Origin: Podarcis pityusensis
Taxonomy: Eukaryota
DNA length: 64,000 bases
Reading direction: 5' to 3' (one strand)
Assembly (NCBI GenBank): GCA_964106645.2
Contig: OZ067038.1
Positions 14,382-27,902 of the stretch are shown here, piece by piece. How positions within the stretch are numbered: position 1 is the first letter of the stretch; each line of letters opens with the position of its first letter. The position numbers were made by a program, and so were the translations under genes. The notes beneath the pieces are model-generated. The model worked only from the letters and a program-made list of their open reading frames with translations. It had not been told where the DNA came from and searched no databases.

Positions 14382-14729
14382 GGCCTGGTTCGCACATAAC
14401 ACATAAGCCATGGTTTGTCTAAACAAACCCACAAGTTAACCATGAGCTGTCTCATAGGCAATCAAACCATGACTTGTTTCTCCAAAGCATGATTTGTTTT
14501 CTGGCTGCTCTTCCCTCATGCCTTTGTAGCTTGACTGAGTGTCTGGAGTGGGGTAGATAAACAAACCATAGGCTTGCACCTAACCCGGCCATAATTAAAG
14601 CAAACCATGGTTTCAGATTGTGCTTTGCTAACAGTAAACAAACATACTTAAGTTGCTGAGCAGGCCTGGTACATAACACTAGGCCATAGTTTAATAAATC
14701 ATGGTCTCATGCTTTATGTGAACAAGGCC
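14382..14729. mobile_element. Palindromic MITE (probably PIF/Harbinger)
   Basis: Ends ggcctggttcgcacataa / ttatgtgaacaaggcc; repeated internal AACCATGG(TT) motifs. Confidence 0.55.
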
Positions 14730-17455
14730 AGAGAGACAGAACAAGAGCCATGCCCATTCCAACTAAACCACACGACTAGGCCAGCAGGGGAGGGAGCAGC
14801 ACCAGAATATTTCCTGACAGGTCTCTTAAAAACATATTTTATATTATATACCAGAGTAATATACTAAAGAGCTGTTTGTAGTTACAACACACACCTGGGT
14901 TCTATGGAACCAGCAATGCTTATGCAAATCAGCCCTCTTCTTTCTCTCTTAAGCAAAGTCAGCCTTACCAGACCACTGCAGTTCCTAGTCCCAGGTGTGT
15001 GCCTTTCCTGAACCAGCTTCCACCACATTGGCATACTGTTACTCTTTCCAAAAGATCTCAGCTTCCTTACTACATACTCTTTTCCCTTTGTCATCCTATA
15101 CAATATGCACAAACCATCTAGTCACTTGGTCACAATGCAGTGTGACTGTCTTGGCACCATCATTCAGAATTCTAATGTGTACCAAACTTTCTTTTCACAA
15201 TCACAGTGCTTAAGGTTACTATGGTACAATCTCCCTAGGCTTGATAGAGCATCATAGTCCTGATTAAGCAACCCTACCTTTACTTTGCCACATTGGACAA
15301 CAAACTGGAGCTTACTTTCACAATCTCCATGATGATTAAAACATATACCACAGAGTCCTAACAGGCCTTCTTTTGAAGAGCAGAAGGTCTAGCTGGTTCC
15401 TTCATCGCTTACAATAATTCTCCATGACAATGTCACAACATATCCAGCCACCAGTAGATATCTGCTATGTACACTGCCGACAAATATTTTCTGGCCAGGG
15501 CATTTGACCTCAATTTGTATTTCACAACTCCCAGCAGCATTATGATGTGCAGAGGCCAGTGAAAGAACTGTGAGTGGAGGGAGTCCTATTTGCCATCATT
15601 TGGCCTCCTGTGGAAAACCAACTTAGCCTGCTGTGGCCTGGAACAAGTTATGTGGAGTGCTGCTGCTTGATTGCTGAACAGGGCCCAACTGTGGCAGTCT
15701 GGAGCCGCTCCATCATACCTTGGTGCCTGACCCTTGGTCCTCCATATGTTGGTAAACTACAACTCCCATCAGAACTAGCAAGCATAGCAAATGACCAGGG
15801 ATGATGGGAGTTGCAGTACACCAACATCCAGAGGACCAAGGGTTCCGCACACCTGCCCTGGAGTGAGAGACTAGGGTGAGGCCATCAGGTTCTTTGTTGT
15901 GAGATATTTTGGGATGACCTGTGAGTTTCCTTAGGCCACAAGTGAGAGCTAGGAGGCTGAGAGGTGCTGAGTGGGGAGATGTGTGAGAAGAATAAGGGGT
16001 TACCATCTGTTATGGTTTATTAGTATTGTACTGGTTGACATTTGCATTGATGGTTTTATTATCTATTTTTTATAATATCTACGTTTTTAAAATTTGCTGT
16101 GCCCTGCTTAGAGATACTTTATACATTAAGTGGCACAGATATAGTCTATGTGGGAGTATGTATCTTTTCTATATAAAGTCCATACACTCTGGAGTTTTCT
16201 CATATTTGATTCCAGGGAGGAGATTATATAGTTGAAAGTAGACTCTTGCCACAATAATTGCCAGTAACACCCATAGCTCATTTCAGATACATGTATTTTG
16301 GGCAAATTATCAAGCAATTCTGTTTCAATTCCCTGCAGCCACTGGACAAGTGACTAGAGGGTCAAAAAGGTTTCGAGCAAGCCACAGATCATTACTTAGA
16401 CTTACCCTGTGGCAAATAATTACATGGGAGAAAGGAAATTGATTTTCAATTCATTTTCACTTTTGGACTTACTTCAGGACTAAAGGTCAAATTAGACATT
16501 ATTTGGTCAACGGAGAAGGAAGATGCCGTTTACTATGTTTATGCCTTTAAAAATACGTGGGAAGAAACGTGTTCAGTTCTTGCTGAATTTACTTTGAGCA
16601 CCTGAATTTGTAATTATGATCTGAAGTTAGGAAATCAATATAATTTTTTTTAAGTTAAAGATTAGACATTACATGGACGTTTAGTGATTTGATTTCCCCT
16701 TGCTTTTCTGCAAAGTGGGGGGCAGTTTGAATCAGAGCTACCATTTATCCCTGAGCCATGATCCTGATTGTAAATGCCCCACAAAATGCCTATAATAGCA
16801 GCATCGGGTGGGCGATCTGATGGACAGACTATATCAATGGGACAAAGGGTTAGACCCTCTTCCCTGGTATTGCAGCCCTAACCAAAATCTTGTCCAAGAT
16901 GCATTTTAAGAGAGAGAGAAAAATGGGGCGCTCCAATTATGTGACTTTACTATATGGCCCATTAGCTCCCTATTTGTGCTCTTAGATGCAGTGCTGCTAT
17001 TTTAAAACACAAATGGCCAGCATGGTGGGGGACATCTAACTCAGGTCCCTAGCAGGGGGTAGTAGGCTTTAACCATTTGTCCCACAGTATGGTCCCAATT
17101 TGGAGGTGCGGGTTCACAATAGCAATTTGCATTGGGTGGGGGGAACCCTCCCATTTGCTTCAGTTGGATTTCTTTTTCCTATACAAATTGCTGGAGACCA
17201 CAGCAGCGGGGAAAGGGTTACAGCAGGGATAGGTAAGTTGTGGCCTTCCATATATGGTTGGACTCCAGCTCCCCTCAGTCCCAGCCAGCATAGCCAATGG
17301 TCAGGGAGAATGGAAACTGTAGGAGGGCTACAGGGATAAAAGCCTACCTACCCTTTGCTAGGATCCCAGTCTTAACTGGGAGCCCCATAATGGCAATTTT
17401 GTGCACTGAAGGCACAGATACAGAGCTAAAGGATCGTTGGCCCTACGTGGACTTC

Positions 17456-17846
17456 TTTATTATTTATTTTTATTTCATTTTACAAATTAAAATTTACATT
17501 CAAAATCGTAAATAAAAAAAATAAACAAAGACTCAATCAAATCTCTGGACTTCCCCCCACCCCTCCATGGGTTCTGTCACTAATCCTTTTCTGCTGCATA
17601 TTTTAAATCACTCAATTAAAAATAAATAAATCCCATGTACTCCTAATTCTTGTTACATTACAAGTGTTATTTAAATCCTGCTAAGGAGCTCAGCTTTTTA
17701 CAGTAGTCTCTAAGGTACGTTATAAATTTCCCCCATTCCTTATTGAAAGTCTGTTCTTCCTGGTTTCTGATCTTCCCAGTCATTTTCACCACCACCGCAT
17801 AGTCCATCAGTTTCGTTTGCCCTTCCTCTCTGGTGGGGGCCCTACT
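17456..17846 (-). mobile_element. L1-clade LINE 3' end fragment
   Basis: The ORF tail KLMDYAVVVKMTGKIRNQEEQTFNKEWGKFITYL resembles a squamate L1 ORF2 C-terminus, followed by a 3'UTR and an A-rich tail. Confidence 0.65.
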
Positions 17847-17923
17847 TGGACTTCTTAACCCACTCACATGAAGTCCATGCTCCCCTTTGTACTCCTACCT
17901 TGCTGGCTCTTGTGGGTTTAAAA

Positions 17924-18168
17924 CAGGAGTCAACAAACTTTTTCAGCAGGGGGCCACTGTCCCTCAGACCTTGTGGGGGGCCGGACTATATTTGGGGGGG
18001 GGGAATGAACAAATTCCTATGCCCCACAAAGAATCCAGAGATGCATTTTAAATAAAAGGACACATTCTACTCATGTAAAAACATGCTGATTCCTGGACCA
18101 TCTGCAGGCCGGATTTAGAAGGTGATTGGGCCAGATCCGGCCCCCAGGCCTTAGTTTGCCTACCCATG
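17924..18168. mobile_element. hAT (Charlie-like) non-autonomous element
   Basis: Perfect 8-bp TSD GTTTAAAA at 17916-17923 and 18169-18176; CAGGAGTCAACAAAC / GTTTGCCTACCCATG ends. Confidence 0.88.
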
Positions 18169-19039
18169 GTTTAAAACTATGTAGCCACCAGAGCAAAAGA
18201 ATCTGGCAGTCCCACCCCTCACCTCCAGCAATAATAAAGAAGGGACGCCTTGAACAACCAATCAGAAGCCTCCTTTTGTAACATCTACTCTATTCCATGC
18301 AGCAGTATCCCGGAAAAGTCGCAGTCCTCCTCCCTCTGCCTCAGCCAGCAGCTCACAGATTTCCACTGCCCGACCCATTTTCATTGCACCCACTCCTGCC
18401 AGCACTGAGTATCATCATAATGCTTTCTAAAAGCTGAATTAGAGATATATATATATGCAAGGAAATCCCACATTTATCCCTAACACCACACCCCAAATGC
18501 AAGAGCAAGTGCTGTAATAAACTAGCCAGCTTTTACTTTTGGGAAAAAAGCAAATGGTATAAGTTCATAAACATCTGCTTTCTGGGAATGGAAATAGTAG
18601 AGGGTCTTCCTTAAAAAAAGGGGGGAAAGTTACAAAAGAAAATGAATTAGTAAATTGGGATGAATGACCACGAAAGGGCCTGATTGTGGTAAGTAATTTC
18701 CCAACATAAACTTCTTCCAGTGTGTCTAAAATTGCACACTCCAAATGGTCAGGTTTACTGGAGCTCTTTACATCTGCTTTGCCAAGGATCTATGTCTGCT
18801 GTTTCAGTATCCAGAGCAGACAAATTGCTTCCGTTGTTTTTCCTATTTAGCTAAGGGCATTGCACAAGCTTGTACCTGGACACCACATTTGTACGTTTGC
18901 AAAAAATCACATGCAGCTCTTGCGTGGCGCCCAACTATTTATTCTTAGCAATGAAAAACCATTAATGGAACTAAGGTTACAACAATTAAGCAGATGTCCA
19001 ACGCAAGACCAACAAGGCAAATGAGGGTGGACTTGATAA

Positions 19040-19292
19040 AACTTTATACAATTATGTATATTCTGGAGAAAGTGGGTGAATATTTCCTCCCTTTCTTGTA
19101 ATAGTAGAACCCAAGGATATCCAGTGAAGTTGAAGCCTGAGAAATCCAGGACAGACAAAAGGAAGGACTTCTTCACACAGTACATAGATAAACTATGGAC
19201 TGTGCTTCTGCTAGGTGTGATGACCACCAACTTCTATGGCTTTAAAAGGGAATTAGGCACATACATGGTGGACAAGGCTATTGATGGCTACT
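19040..19292 (+). mobile_element. CR1 LINE 3' fragment
   Basis: tagaacccaagga...aggacagacaaaaggaaggacttcttcacacag...ggctattgatggcta, a typical CR1 ORF2 end (RTDKRKDFFTQ). Confidence 0.8.
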
Positions 19293-20968
19293 GGCTGCAG
19301 CAGGGCTCTTCATAACTGCTTCAGAATTTGTTTGCCAACTGCATTCCACGATCAAGAATAAACCTGACCTTGGCCACCTCTGCTACATTCTCTAGGAACT
19401 CTGCTGATTGCTGGACTCCTGGACAACAACAACCCGCTCTTGTCATCTCTGAAATCAAACAGTAGTTTCTAAGCCACCTGTGGCACTTCATACATTTGCA
19501 TCGACTCTACATTTTAAAGAGAAAATATGTACAGATGTATTCCGGGGCATGTGAGAGGAATGCCTCGTAGCTGACATACCACATTCAAGACTGAGAGATT
19601 TTCTTTCTTTCTGTTTTTTGTTTACTGTGCGTAGCCTAAGAAGATGTGACAGAGGGCTGTTGTGCATTTTAGCCATGTGTATCCCCTGTTCCAAATATAA
19701 AGGAGGAGGAAATACAATTTACTGGAAAAAGAGGGGTGCCTAACCCCGCCCCCTGTCTTTCTTCACTGCACCTTCTGCTACAACCAGATTTTCAGCACCC
19801 CAGCTTACTTCTGGTATCAGAGAGTCACTTCAGAGAGAGAGGAAGAATGCCTTCACCTGTGCCACACTTCCTTAACCTGCAAGCAGAAAACTTAATGGTT
19901 CCCCTCACATAAGTAAGCAAGCTAACCTTATCCCCCTCCCCCTGCACTTGTTTATCCATGCCTGTTACCCTCTATAAACTTCAGGTGCTACATTCTCCCA
20001 GTCCTGAAAGACTGCTCTAGCTGCTCTAGACATCCTTCCAGGGTCTTTCCCCAGGATCCTTTTTATTGCATTATCAGTCACCTTGACACAACAGCCAACA
20101 ACGCCCTTGCAGGCTTCAGGAGTCGTTTTGCAGCCTCCAAATCAATTCTTCTAGTTGTTTACTCAGGAAAGCAACAGGAGTGGCAGCTTGAATTTGCAGC
20201 ACCCAGGGAAGACTGTGTAGCTCCTCACTTCCAGCCTGCACACCAATGCCTCTGATGTTGTGTCAGGGTCAGCTCACATATGAATGCTAATCTTCTGCTC
20301 GAGCACCTTTCAACCGAGAGTTGGCCTGTCATCATAAATCTGGTTTAGCTTTCCCCACTAACTCTCTCCCACAACCGGAGAGAAACTTTCTGGGGATGCT
20401 ATTAAAGACATGGGAGAAGGGGAGGGAAAGGAAGGGGGGAGGCAACCCTGAATGCACACAACTAGTCAGCATTTGGCCACATGAACCCTCCGCTAGATCA
20501 TGCAATGCTGATTTTGCACCACCACTCAGCCAGTTCTGGATATGTTTCTCTGTGGGTGCTAAAGCTGTGCTTTTGATGAATGCATGGCTTGCATCTGCCA
20601 GGCTCAATATTGTGGGCCCAGTTCTGCAAAATCCCCTCCTGGCTGAGATCAGATGGGCCCCCTCCCTGTTGAAATTTTGGCATTTATTTTTTCCTCATTT
20701 TATGGTTAATTTAACCAGTTTACTCTTGTGTAACCCCATTGTAAACCACTTAGAAATGAGTGGTATATAAACTGTTGAAATGGATTCCAATGACCCACAT
20801 CCTGTGGGCTTGGGAAGGATACTCACTGTGTGAGAAAACTCCAGTGGGTCAGCCTCTAATATCAGGAAGAAGCAGAAGTCAGGAAAACTTCAATAGCTGT
20901 ATTTATTTGTGAACCACAGATGCACAACTCAACATAGCAAGTAAGGCTTGCTACACAGGCAAGACTAA

Positions 20969-21290
20969 GGCCACATTCACACCAAATATTTAAAGCACTA
21001 TGATGCCACATTAAGCAGTCATAACTTTCCCCCCAAATAATTATGGGAGCTGTAGTTTGTGAGCGGTACTGAGTTTTTAGGAGCCCCTGTTCCCCTCCGA
21101 GAGCTACAATTCCCATAGAGTGCTAACAATCAATCCCTCTTTACAGGAAATGCTGGGAATTTTAGTTCTTGGAGGGGAATAGGGGCTCTTGAGTCCTTTA
21201 TCAAACTACAGCTCCCAGAATTCTTTGGGTGAAGCCATGACTGTTTAAAGTGGGTTCATAGTGCTTTACATGTATGCAGTGAATGTGGTC
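20969..21290. mobile_element. PIF/Harbinger MITE
   Basis: TIRs GGCCACATTCAC / GTGAATGTGGTC, TAA TSD on both sides, long internal palindrome. Confidence 0.85.
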
Positions 21291-24200
21291 TAAGACTCCA
21301 ACTAATTGTCACTTGACTATGGAGGGAACCAAACCCAGAGAAGGAAGGGCAGCTTTTACTGCAGACTGGGCAGGCAAGTCACACACAATATAACCATGAA
21401 GCATCCCAGCTGGGGTGGGGGGTGGGGAGTGGCAAGAATAATGGTTGTGTTTGATGATGCTGCCGCCACCACCACCATTTCTTAAAGTCCTCTCAAATGT
21501 TGCTCCTAGACTACCAACATAACAGGCCTGGGGATTCAGCTACATTAGTAAAGAAAAAGCATTTTATATGCGTTATAACACTGTGACACCATATGGCTCT
21601 GTGGAGTCTTTCACCAACGTGATTTCCCATAATGAAGTTTACAACGCGTTTTCCTGAAACCCATTTTTGATGTGTCTAGATCCAGCCCAGTTAGGTTTCA
21701 GGGGGATTGTTCTTCACATCAAGTCTTTCTTACTCATCCACTTCCTGCAGAACAGAGCCCATAGCCAGCACCCTGTTCATATTTCTGTGGGCAACTGACT
21801 CTACTCAGCAAACCCAACATCTCTTTGTTAATCCTTCTTATGGCTCCACCAGGGAAGTGTCTGCAGGAGGTTTTTTTTGCAGATGTTGGTTGATCTCATC
21901 CAAGGCTGTTGCAGACTGGAACAGGCACTCCATAGCAGCCGCACTGGGGGCAGCAAGTGCTGAACTAGTAGCTAGCCACCTGCAGCAATAACCCTGAACC
22001 TGTTCAAAGGGAGAAGTGGGGTGGAACCTGGCATTTGGGGTTTGGCCATAGGATGTAAAGGGGTCAGGGCTCTGGCATGTTTAACAGTTGTATAGAAGAG
22101 GGGATGCCATGTGAGCCAGACCTGCTGAAATCCCTTCTTTTGCATTTCCCTGCAGCATGTGAACAAGTCATAAGTGCACCATAATGATTTTAGCAGGAGT
22201 TTTGTTTCTTCACTGATATTACACGGTGTTGGAGCTACGTTCCTAAACATAATTTGGAAGCAGGTAAATTCAAACCAGAGGGGTTTGCAGCTCAGTGCTC
22301 CCATAATACATTCCAGAGCATAACAAACGATAATGAAACACCAAGCATCCAAGCTGGGGACCTGAAATAATCGAGCAAGAGGTGTTGCTTAAAATTTGAA
22401 AAGCAAAACATAATTAGTGCTGAAGGCCAATTCCTATATAAAGATCTGTGCAGTTCAAGCTATTATTAACTTTGCTTTTTCTAGCTGTTTGCACTATAAA
22501 GCCTACCTCCAGGAATGATCTATTAAATTAAACCATTAAGCTAATAATGGCTTGAGCGCTTCACATTATTACCAGAAATGGCCCAAGGCTTGGGCCATCA
22601 CTAACTTTATTTTTTCTTCTTGTCAGCTGAGTCAGGAAAAAAAAACATACCACCAGTCGCTGGTAAATGCAACCTTGATAAATGGATACCCTTCTCCATG
22701 GTGCGTAATTTCCTGGACGATCATAATTAACTTCTAGGATTGGATTGTTGTTATTTGAGGGAGGGCTGGGGAGAGAGGGAGAAATAATCATGGAGTTTTG
22801 TTTACTTATGCTACTGGCATTATGGCTGGTAGAAAATGCAATTGAAACATAAGAAGAAAAAAATTGAGTAGGAAAGATAAGTTGGGGGTGTTTGTTTTTG
22901 TGTTTTTTAAAGCCATAATATCAGCTGGAAATAGTAATGTTTCAACGCACACAGCAACACATTTCAGAGCAAAATAAAGTGTTCTGAATGTGTCCGTAAG
23001 CTCTACATACCATTAATTTCAGTGGAGAATGCCACTTAAAAGTTAATAGCACGGGTGAAAAAGAATAATTACTGGACGCAGCAGCCCACTGAGATTCCAT
23101 AGGCTGAAAAATAAAATATACCGGTAATAAAAATGCTTTCCCCCTGCATCTCGGGGATTGTTCCATTTAGCCAGCTCCATTTGGGGGTATTGCCTGTGAA
23201 ATGGGTATGGCCTCATGCTGATGTCGCAAGGGCTCAGTTAAGGAGAGGGGCTTCACACACTGATTAGGCAGCAGTCACACAAGCAATCAGCTCCACTGAA
23301 GGAGCACTTTTAGGGTTCTTATTACACTTTTATCCGCTGCATTGTTTATAACAAGAGAGGAGAGAAGAAGGAGCAGGACTTTGGGCTGTCTTTTAAAGAG
23401 GAAGACGAATCCCCTAACTTGGACACCATTTGCATGAACTGAGGACAGGCAACAGCCAGCTGGGGGTGGGTGCAGTTGAGAGCCCAGAGGAGCTTCCTAT
23501 CAAACGGGAAGCATAGGGCCTAGTTTCGGCCTTTTGGTGCCAGGGCTCACCAGGGCTCAGCCCCAGCATCTCTTTCCAGGTCAGGGTCAAATCTTTTTTT
23601 CTGGACATTAAGCACAGCCACAGTCCCAGACCTCTCCCATTTCCGCATCATCACACCCAATATTACGTTCTTGTACAACTTTCCCCCCGCACAAGCCAAA
23701 ACTCAGGCTAAGGGCTGTAAAAACCCAACCTCCCAGTGTGAATAGGAACAAAGGAAAGGGCTTTGCATTCAGTCCTGGCATCTAGAGGAATACCTAGGGT
23801 TCGGGGAAACCAGCCCCTGCTGGGGGTGCAGGTCTGGGGTGGGGGCACAAAAATTCCCTATCAGCCTGTGAAGTTTATGAAGTATATGTGTGTCACGACG
23901 AGTTCCCGCCATTCTCGCACTGTGGCACAAAGGTGTGCTTTTTTCCACCCTCCCTCCTTGCCTTGCCCTCCCTCTGGGTGCTTTGAGTACTTGGGTCATG
24001 TAAAATGTAGTAATTTATAAAGTGGCTATTACAGTAAAGTGATTTGGGGGGCGGGGGCGATGCAACTCTTTGCTGTGGGCACTGATACTGACCCTAAGTA
24101 TGCCTGTGCTTCCATCTCAAGGCAGGGAATGGACCCCTTTAATGGGATATGCTTAACCAAGAAGCGACAAGCCCAGGCTACAGGCTCTCCTCCAACCAAG

Positions 24201-25069
24201 ACCAAGGCTTACCCAATGCCTAACCTCACCAAGTTGTGACGATTGCTGTGAAGTAGGTGAAAACCAAATTTGCTGAGTGGAAAAATTCCTGCTCGGCCCC
24301 GAATACGGCAGCCGACAATGTCCATAGCAAGGTCGTAGCATGACAGAAGAAGCATTTGCAAAAAGGGTTGGAGTTTGGGAGATCTGATGGAAAAACCAGG
24401 GAGGAGTGTTGTGTCAGCGTCAATTTATTCCCTGGGGGGCAGACACAAGTGATGCCAGTTGCCCAGTTGGGCCTGCCCCCGGGGAATCCCCAGACCCAGA
24501 CCCTCCTGCCATTGGTCAGTTCGCAGGCAGGTCTGCAGTTCTTCCCAGCCAGCTGGTGGATTGCTGACATGGGGCCGTGGTCAGGCTGCAACACCGTGTT
24601 TAAAGTAAGTGGACTTATCCAATCGATTCAGCTGTTTGGGCAATGTGTCCCCCAAAAAAGTACAATTCCTGATCTGGGCTTTGTTATAATGGGCATTCAG
24701 CTTCTTACCTGAAGTTGACAGTTCAGACCTGAAGGGTCTAGAATGCTTGCAGTAGATAAATTTATGAATTTATCTACTGCAAGCTATGAATCAACTTGAA
24801 GCTCCATTTATGAATCAACTTGAAGGAGGCAGCTGTGAGGCTGCTTCTGAAGTTCCCCTTGGACACAGAGGTTTGCATCAACTATCAGGTAGCCATAAAA
24901 TGTCCCTTGCTTGGGCAAGGTGCCTAGGCACTTCCAGTCTGTCTTGGATGAGACTGAACTGCAAATTTGTTTTAAGCTGGTAACAGCACAAGTTAGAGGG
25001 ATAGAGGACCAATGTGAGGAGAAGGACTGGGGGAGTGCAAATTCTCCTACTGCTTATGCATATACCATT

Positions 25070-25583
25070 TTATTTTAAATCTCTAGTTTACATAAAATTG
25101 TTTAAATATTCAATTAAAAATAGCAACAAGAACAGACTTTAAAACAGGCACAAAATTATCAAAATATAGTTTCAATGACCAGATTAAAACACACACACGC
25201 ACACACACAAATGTACATAACAAAATTACATGTCAAATCTTTTAGCAGGTGTCAATAACAGCACAGCAACAGGGTGTTTTAGACAATAGGTGCTCCCACA
25301 GTAAAATACCTATTTACAAGTGCAGAATGAACTGTATGTGACACTTGGAAAAGGGCCAGTTATGCAGATTGGAGCAGCCATAGTGGGCATATGTGGGGTA
25401 ATGTGATCCATAAAGTAATTGGCTCCAAACTGTTGAGAGCTTTATATACTAACAGAAGCACCCTGAATTTGGCCCAGTAACAAATTGGCAACCAGTTCAC
25501 ATCCTTGAGTAAGGATGTAATATGCTGACAGGTTCTCACTCCTGTCAGCAGTCGTGCTGTGGCATTCTACACAACTGCAATTT
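25070..25583 (-). mobile_element. L2 LINE 3' fragment
   Basis: The minus frame reads KLQLV*NATARLLTGV...HITSLLKDVNWLPI..AKFRVLLLVYKALN, a characteristic L2 ORF2 C-terminus. Confidence 0.8.
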
Positions 25584-26566
25584 CCAGACCAAGCACAAGG
25601 AAAGTTGCACATTGCATTTTATTGTGATTTGATTTTGGGGCAAGAGTGTGTGTGCTCATTTTATTGTTTGTGCTTTGTTGTTGGGTGGGATAAAAAATGT
25701 GATAAGGAAATAAACAAGCAACCAAATAATGGTCTTCCTCCAAGGAACTTCCAGTAAATTCTTGCATATAGCATGGCCTCTAAAATATGCACAAATCAAT
25801 GAAGGATGCATAGAAGGCGTTTGCAGAGTGCAAGGCCTGACCTTAAGGACGTCTTTTTTTCCAAATTTCAAGAAAGAAAAACAACAATATGATGCCCATA
25901 CAACTTTAAACAAAATCATTAGATCACCGTCTAAACCCATCGCATCACCTGGGAGAAAACAATTGTACAAGATAATGGAAGAGGAGTAGGCAAAGGCCCA
26001 GAGAATACTCTTGTCTATTTCTAGACGCGCTATTCATAACTCCAGCTCGGTATCACGCTGCCATATTAGTATGTGCTATTGATTCATTCTTAATACAGTG
26101 AGATGCCCTAGTAATGAACTCGGCAGTACCCATAATGATTTCATATCATGAAATGTTATGTGCTTTGCTCATGACAAAGTAACAGTGGTACCAAAAATAG
26201 CAAACCTCATAATAAAATGTTATCGAGGATCGTGGATTTCAATATAAAAAGGACTGGGCCATACTCAAGAGCTTACTCGAAACAAATGCATACCTAAAAG
26301 GAGCCGCATCGGAAAAGTCATGTCATTGACTGATTCGTTAGGAGATGCTACTTTAAAAGCGAGTTGAGCCCCACATCCCCTAAATGCTTGTAGGAGAATG
26401 AAAGGCAGATGGCAGCTCATCCTTTGGAATGGCTGGGGCCACGTGATCCAAAAGTGCTAAGAGGTGTCTCACCTCCAGCAGCTGCTGCCAAAGGAAAAAG
26501 AAGAAGCACTCAATAGATCCCAATGTAAGTAAATGTAGCATTGCCAAACATTTAAAGTACAACATA

Positions 26567-26779
26567 CAGGAAACTCCCAGTTTACACGGGGGTTACGTTC
26601 CAAGGCACCATGCATTCAAATGAAATCACGTATATTTGAAACACCATTGATAAAGGCTGCAAACACCCCACCCTGTGCCACACATTTTTGTGACGTTTTT
26701 GGCTCACTTTTGGGGTTGGCGCAATGCACGTGTTTGCAGTCGCTGACATATCAGACGTGCCTAAAACAGTTGTTGCCTG
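26567..26779. mobile_element. Tc1/mariner MITE
   Basis: CAGGAAAC / GTTGCCTG ends with TA flanks. Confidence 0.65.
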
Positions 26780-27902
26780 TAGTATAAAATACCAGAATGT
26801 GAGGGTTGCCAAACCCAGAGATCACAGCTTTACAGGGTCCAGAACCTCTGGATGTTGTAGAACTACAACTGCCACCATCCCTGAACATTGACCACGCTGA
26901 CTGGGGCTGATGGGAGTTGGAGCCCAACAGCATCTGGTGGGCCACATGTTCCCCTTTCCCGCATCAGAAGATCCAAAGCAACAGGTGGAAGATGTAGCTG
27001 TTGCCCTTTCAGGCCTGTTCTTCCACCTGTTATGAGACAAAACCTTCATCCTGATTGTTAAGCCTGAATGGAAGGCACAGCATCTGAGCTCTCTCTCTCT
27101 CATTTGGAACTTTAAACAGATCTCACAGCTGCCAGCTGGCAATCAGACAGAATTAAAAGGCATAATGTTGCAAGCTCTCACTAAACCTGGTTCTGTCTCC
27201 CATGTCCTCCTTATCCTTAAGGAAGTCAAACATTTCATTTGTGCCAAATTTTCTGCTTCTGAACATTGTAACGGTGTTCACATCTTATGCATTTGCTGGT
27301 TGTCCCGGAAGGGACATGGTGGGAATTCAGTTATCAAATGTGTTTGTGACCAGACCTTTGGGGACAACTCCATTTTCAAAGGGCTTCTCTGGCATCTCTT
27401 GGCGGAGGTGAGACACCATCCCCACCCACCAGTTCAGCTCCCAGCACTGTGCAAATTGCTTAGTGTCATGAAGCTGACTTATGTAACAAAACTATCAAGT
27501 TCCCTTTACAGCAAACCACACTTTGGCAAATCAGAATATGCAAATCAGATATTTTCTCCTTCGTTATTCTATACAAAACCAGAGGTAGGCATTGCAATAC
27601 CTTCTTGTGAAATCTGATTTATTCATTTAGGGCACAGAAATGGTGGTTGTGGCAAGGGTAACACAGTCAATGGGTCCAACACTTGACACTCAAAGAAACA
27701 AATTTGCAAGCTGGTGCTCCTGCTCCCAGTTCAGTTTCTGGCATTGAAGTTGCCCATTTACAGTATATTTAAAACAGGCTAATTCTGCCAGGCTCAAGAG
27801 TGCATGTAACACCAATTATTTTTGATCTGCACTATTTACCAGTTGTTCTCCAGGTCAGTTTCAAGGTAGTGGTTTACATTAAAAAGTTCCAACTGACCTG
27901 AG

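Noticed and set aside
26262-26295. CTCAAGAG...CGAAAC hammerhead-like string
   Set aside because: Mismatch in the conserved CUGANGA core, and no adequate stem II or stem III.
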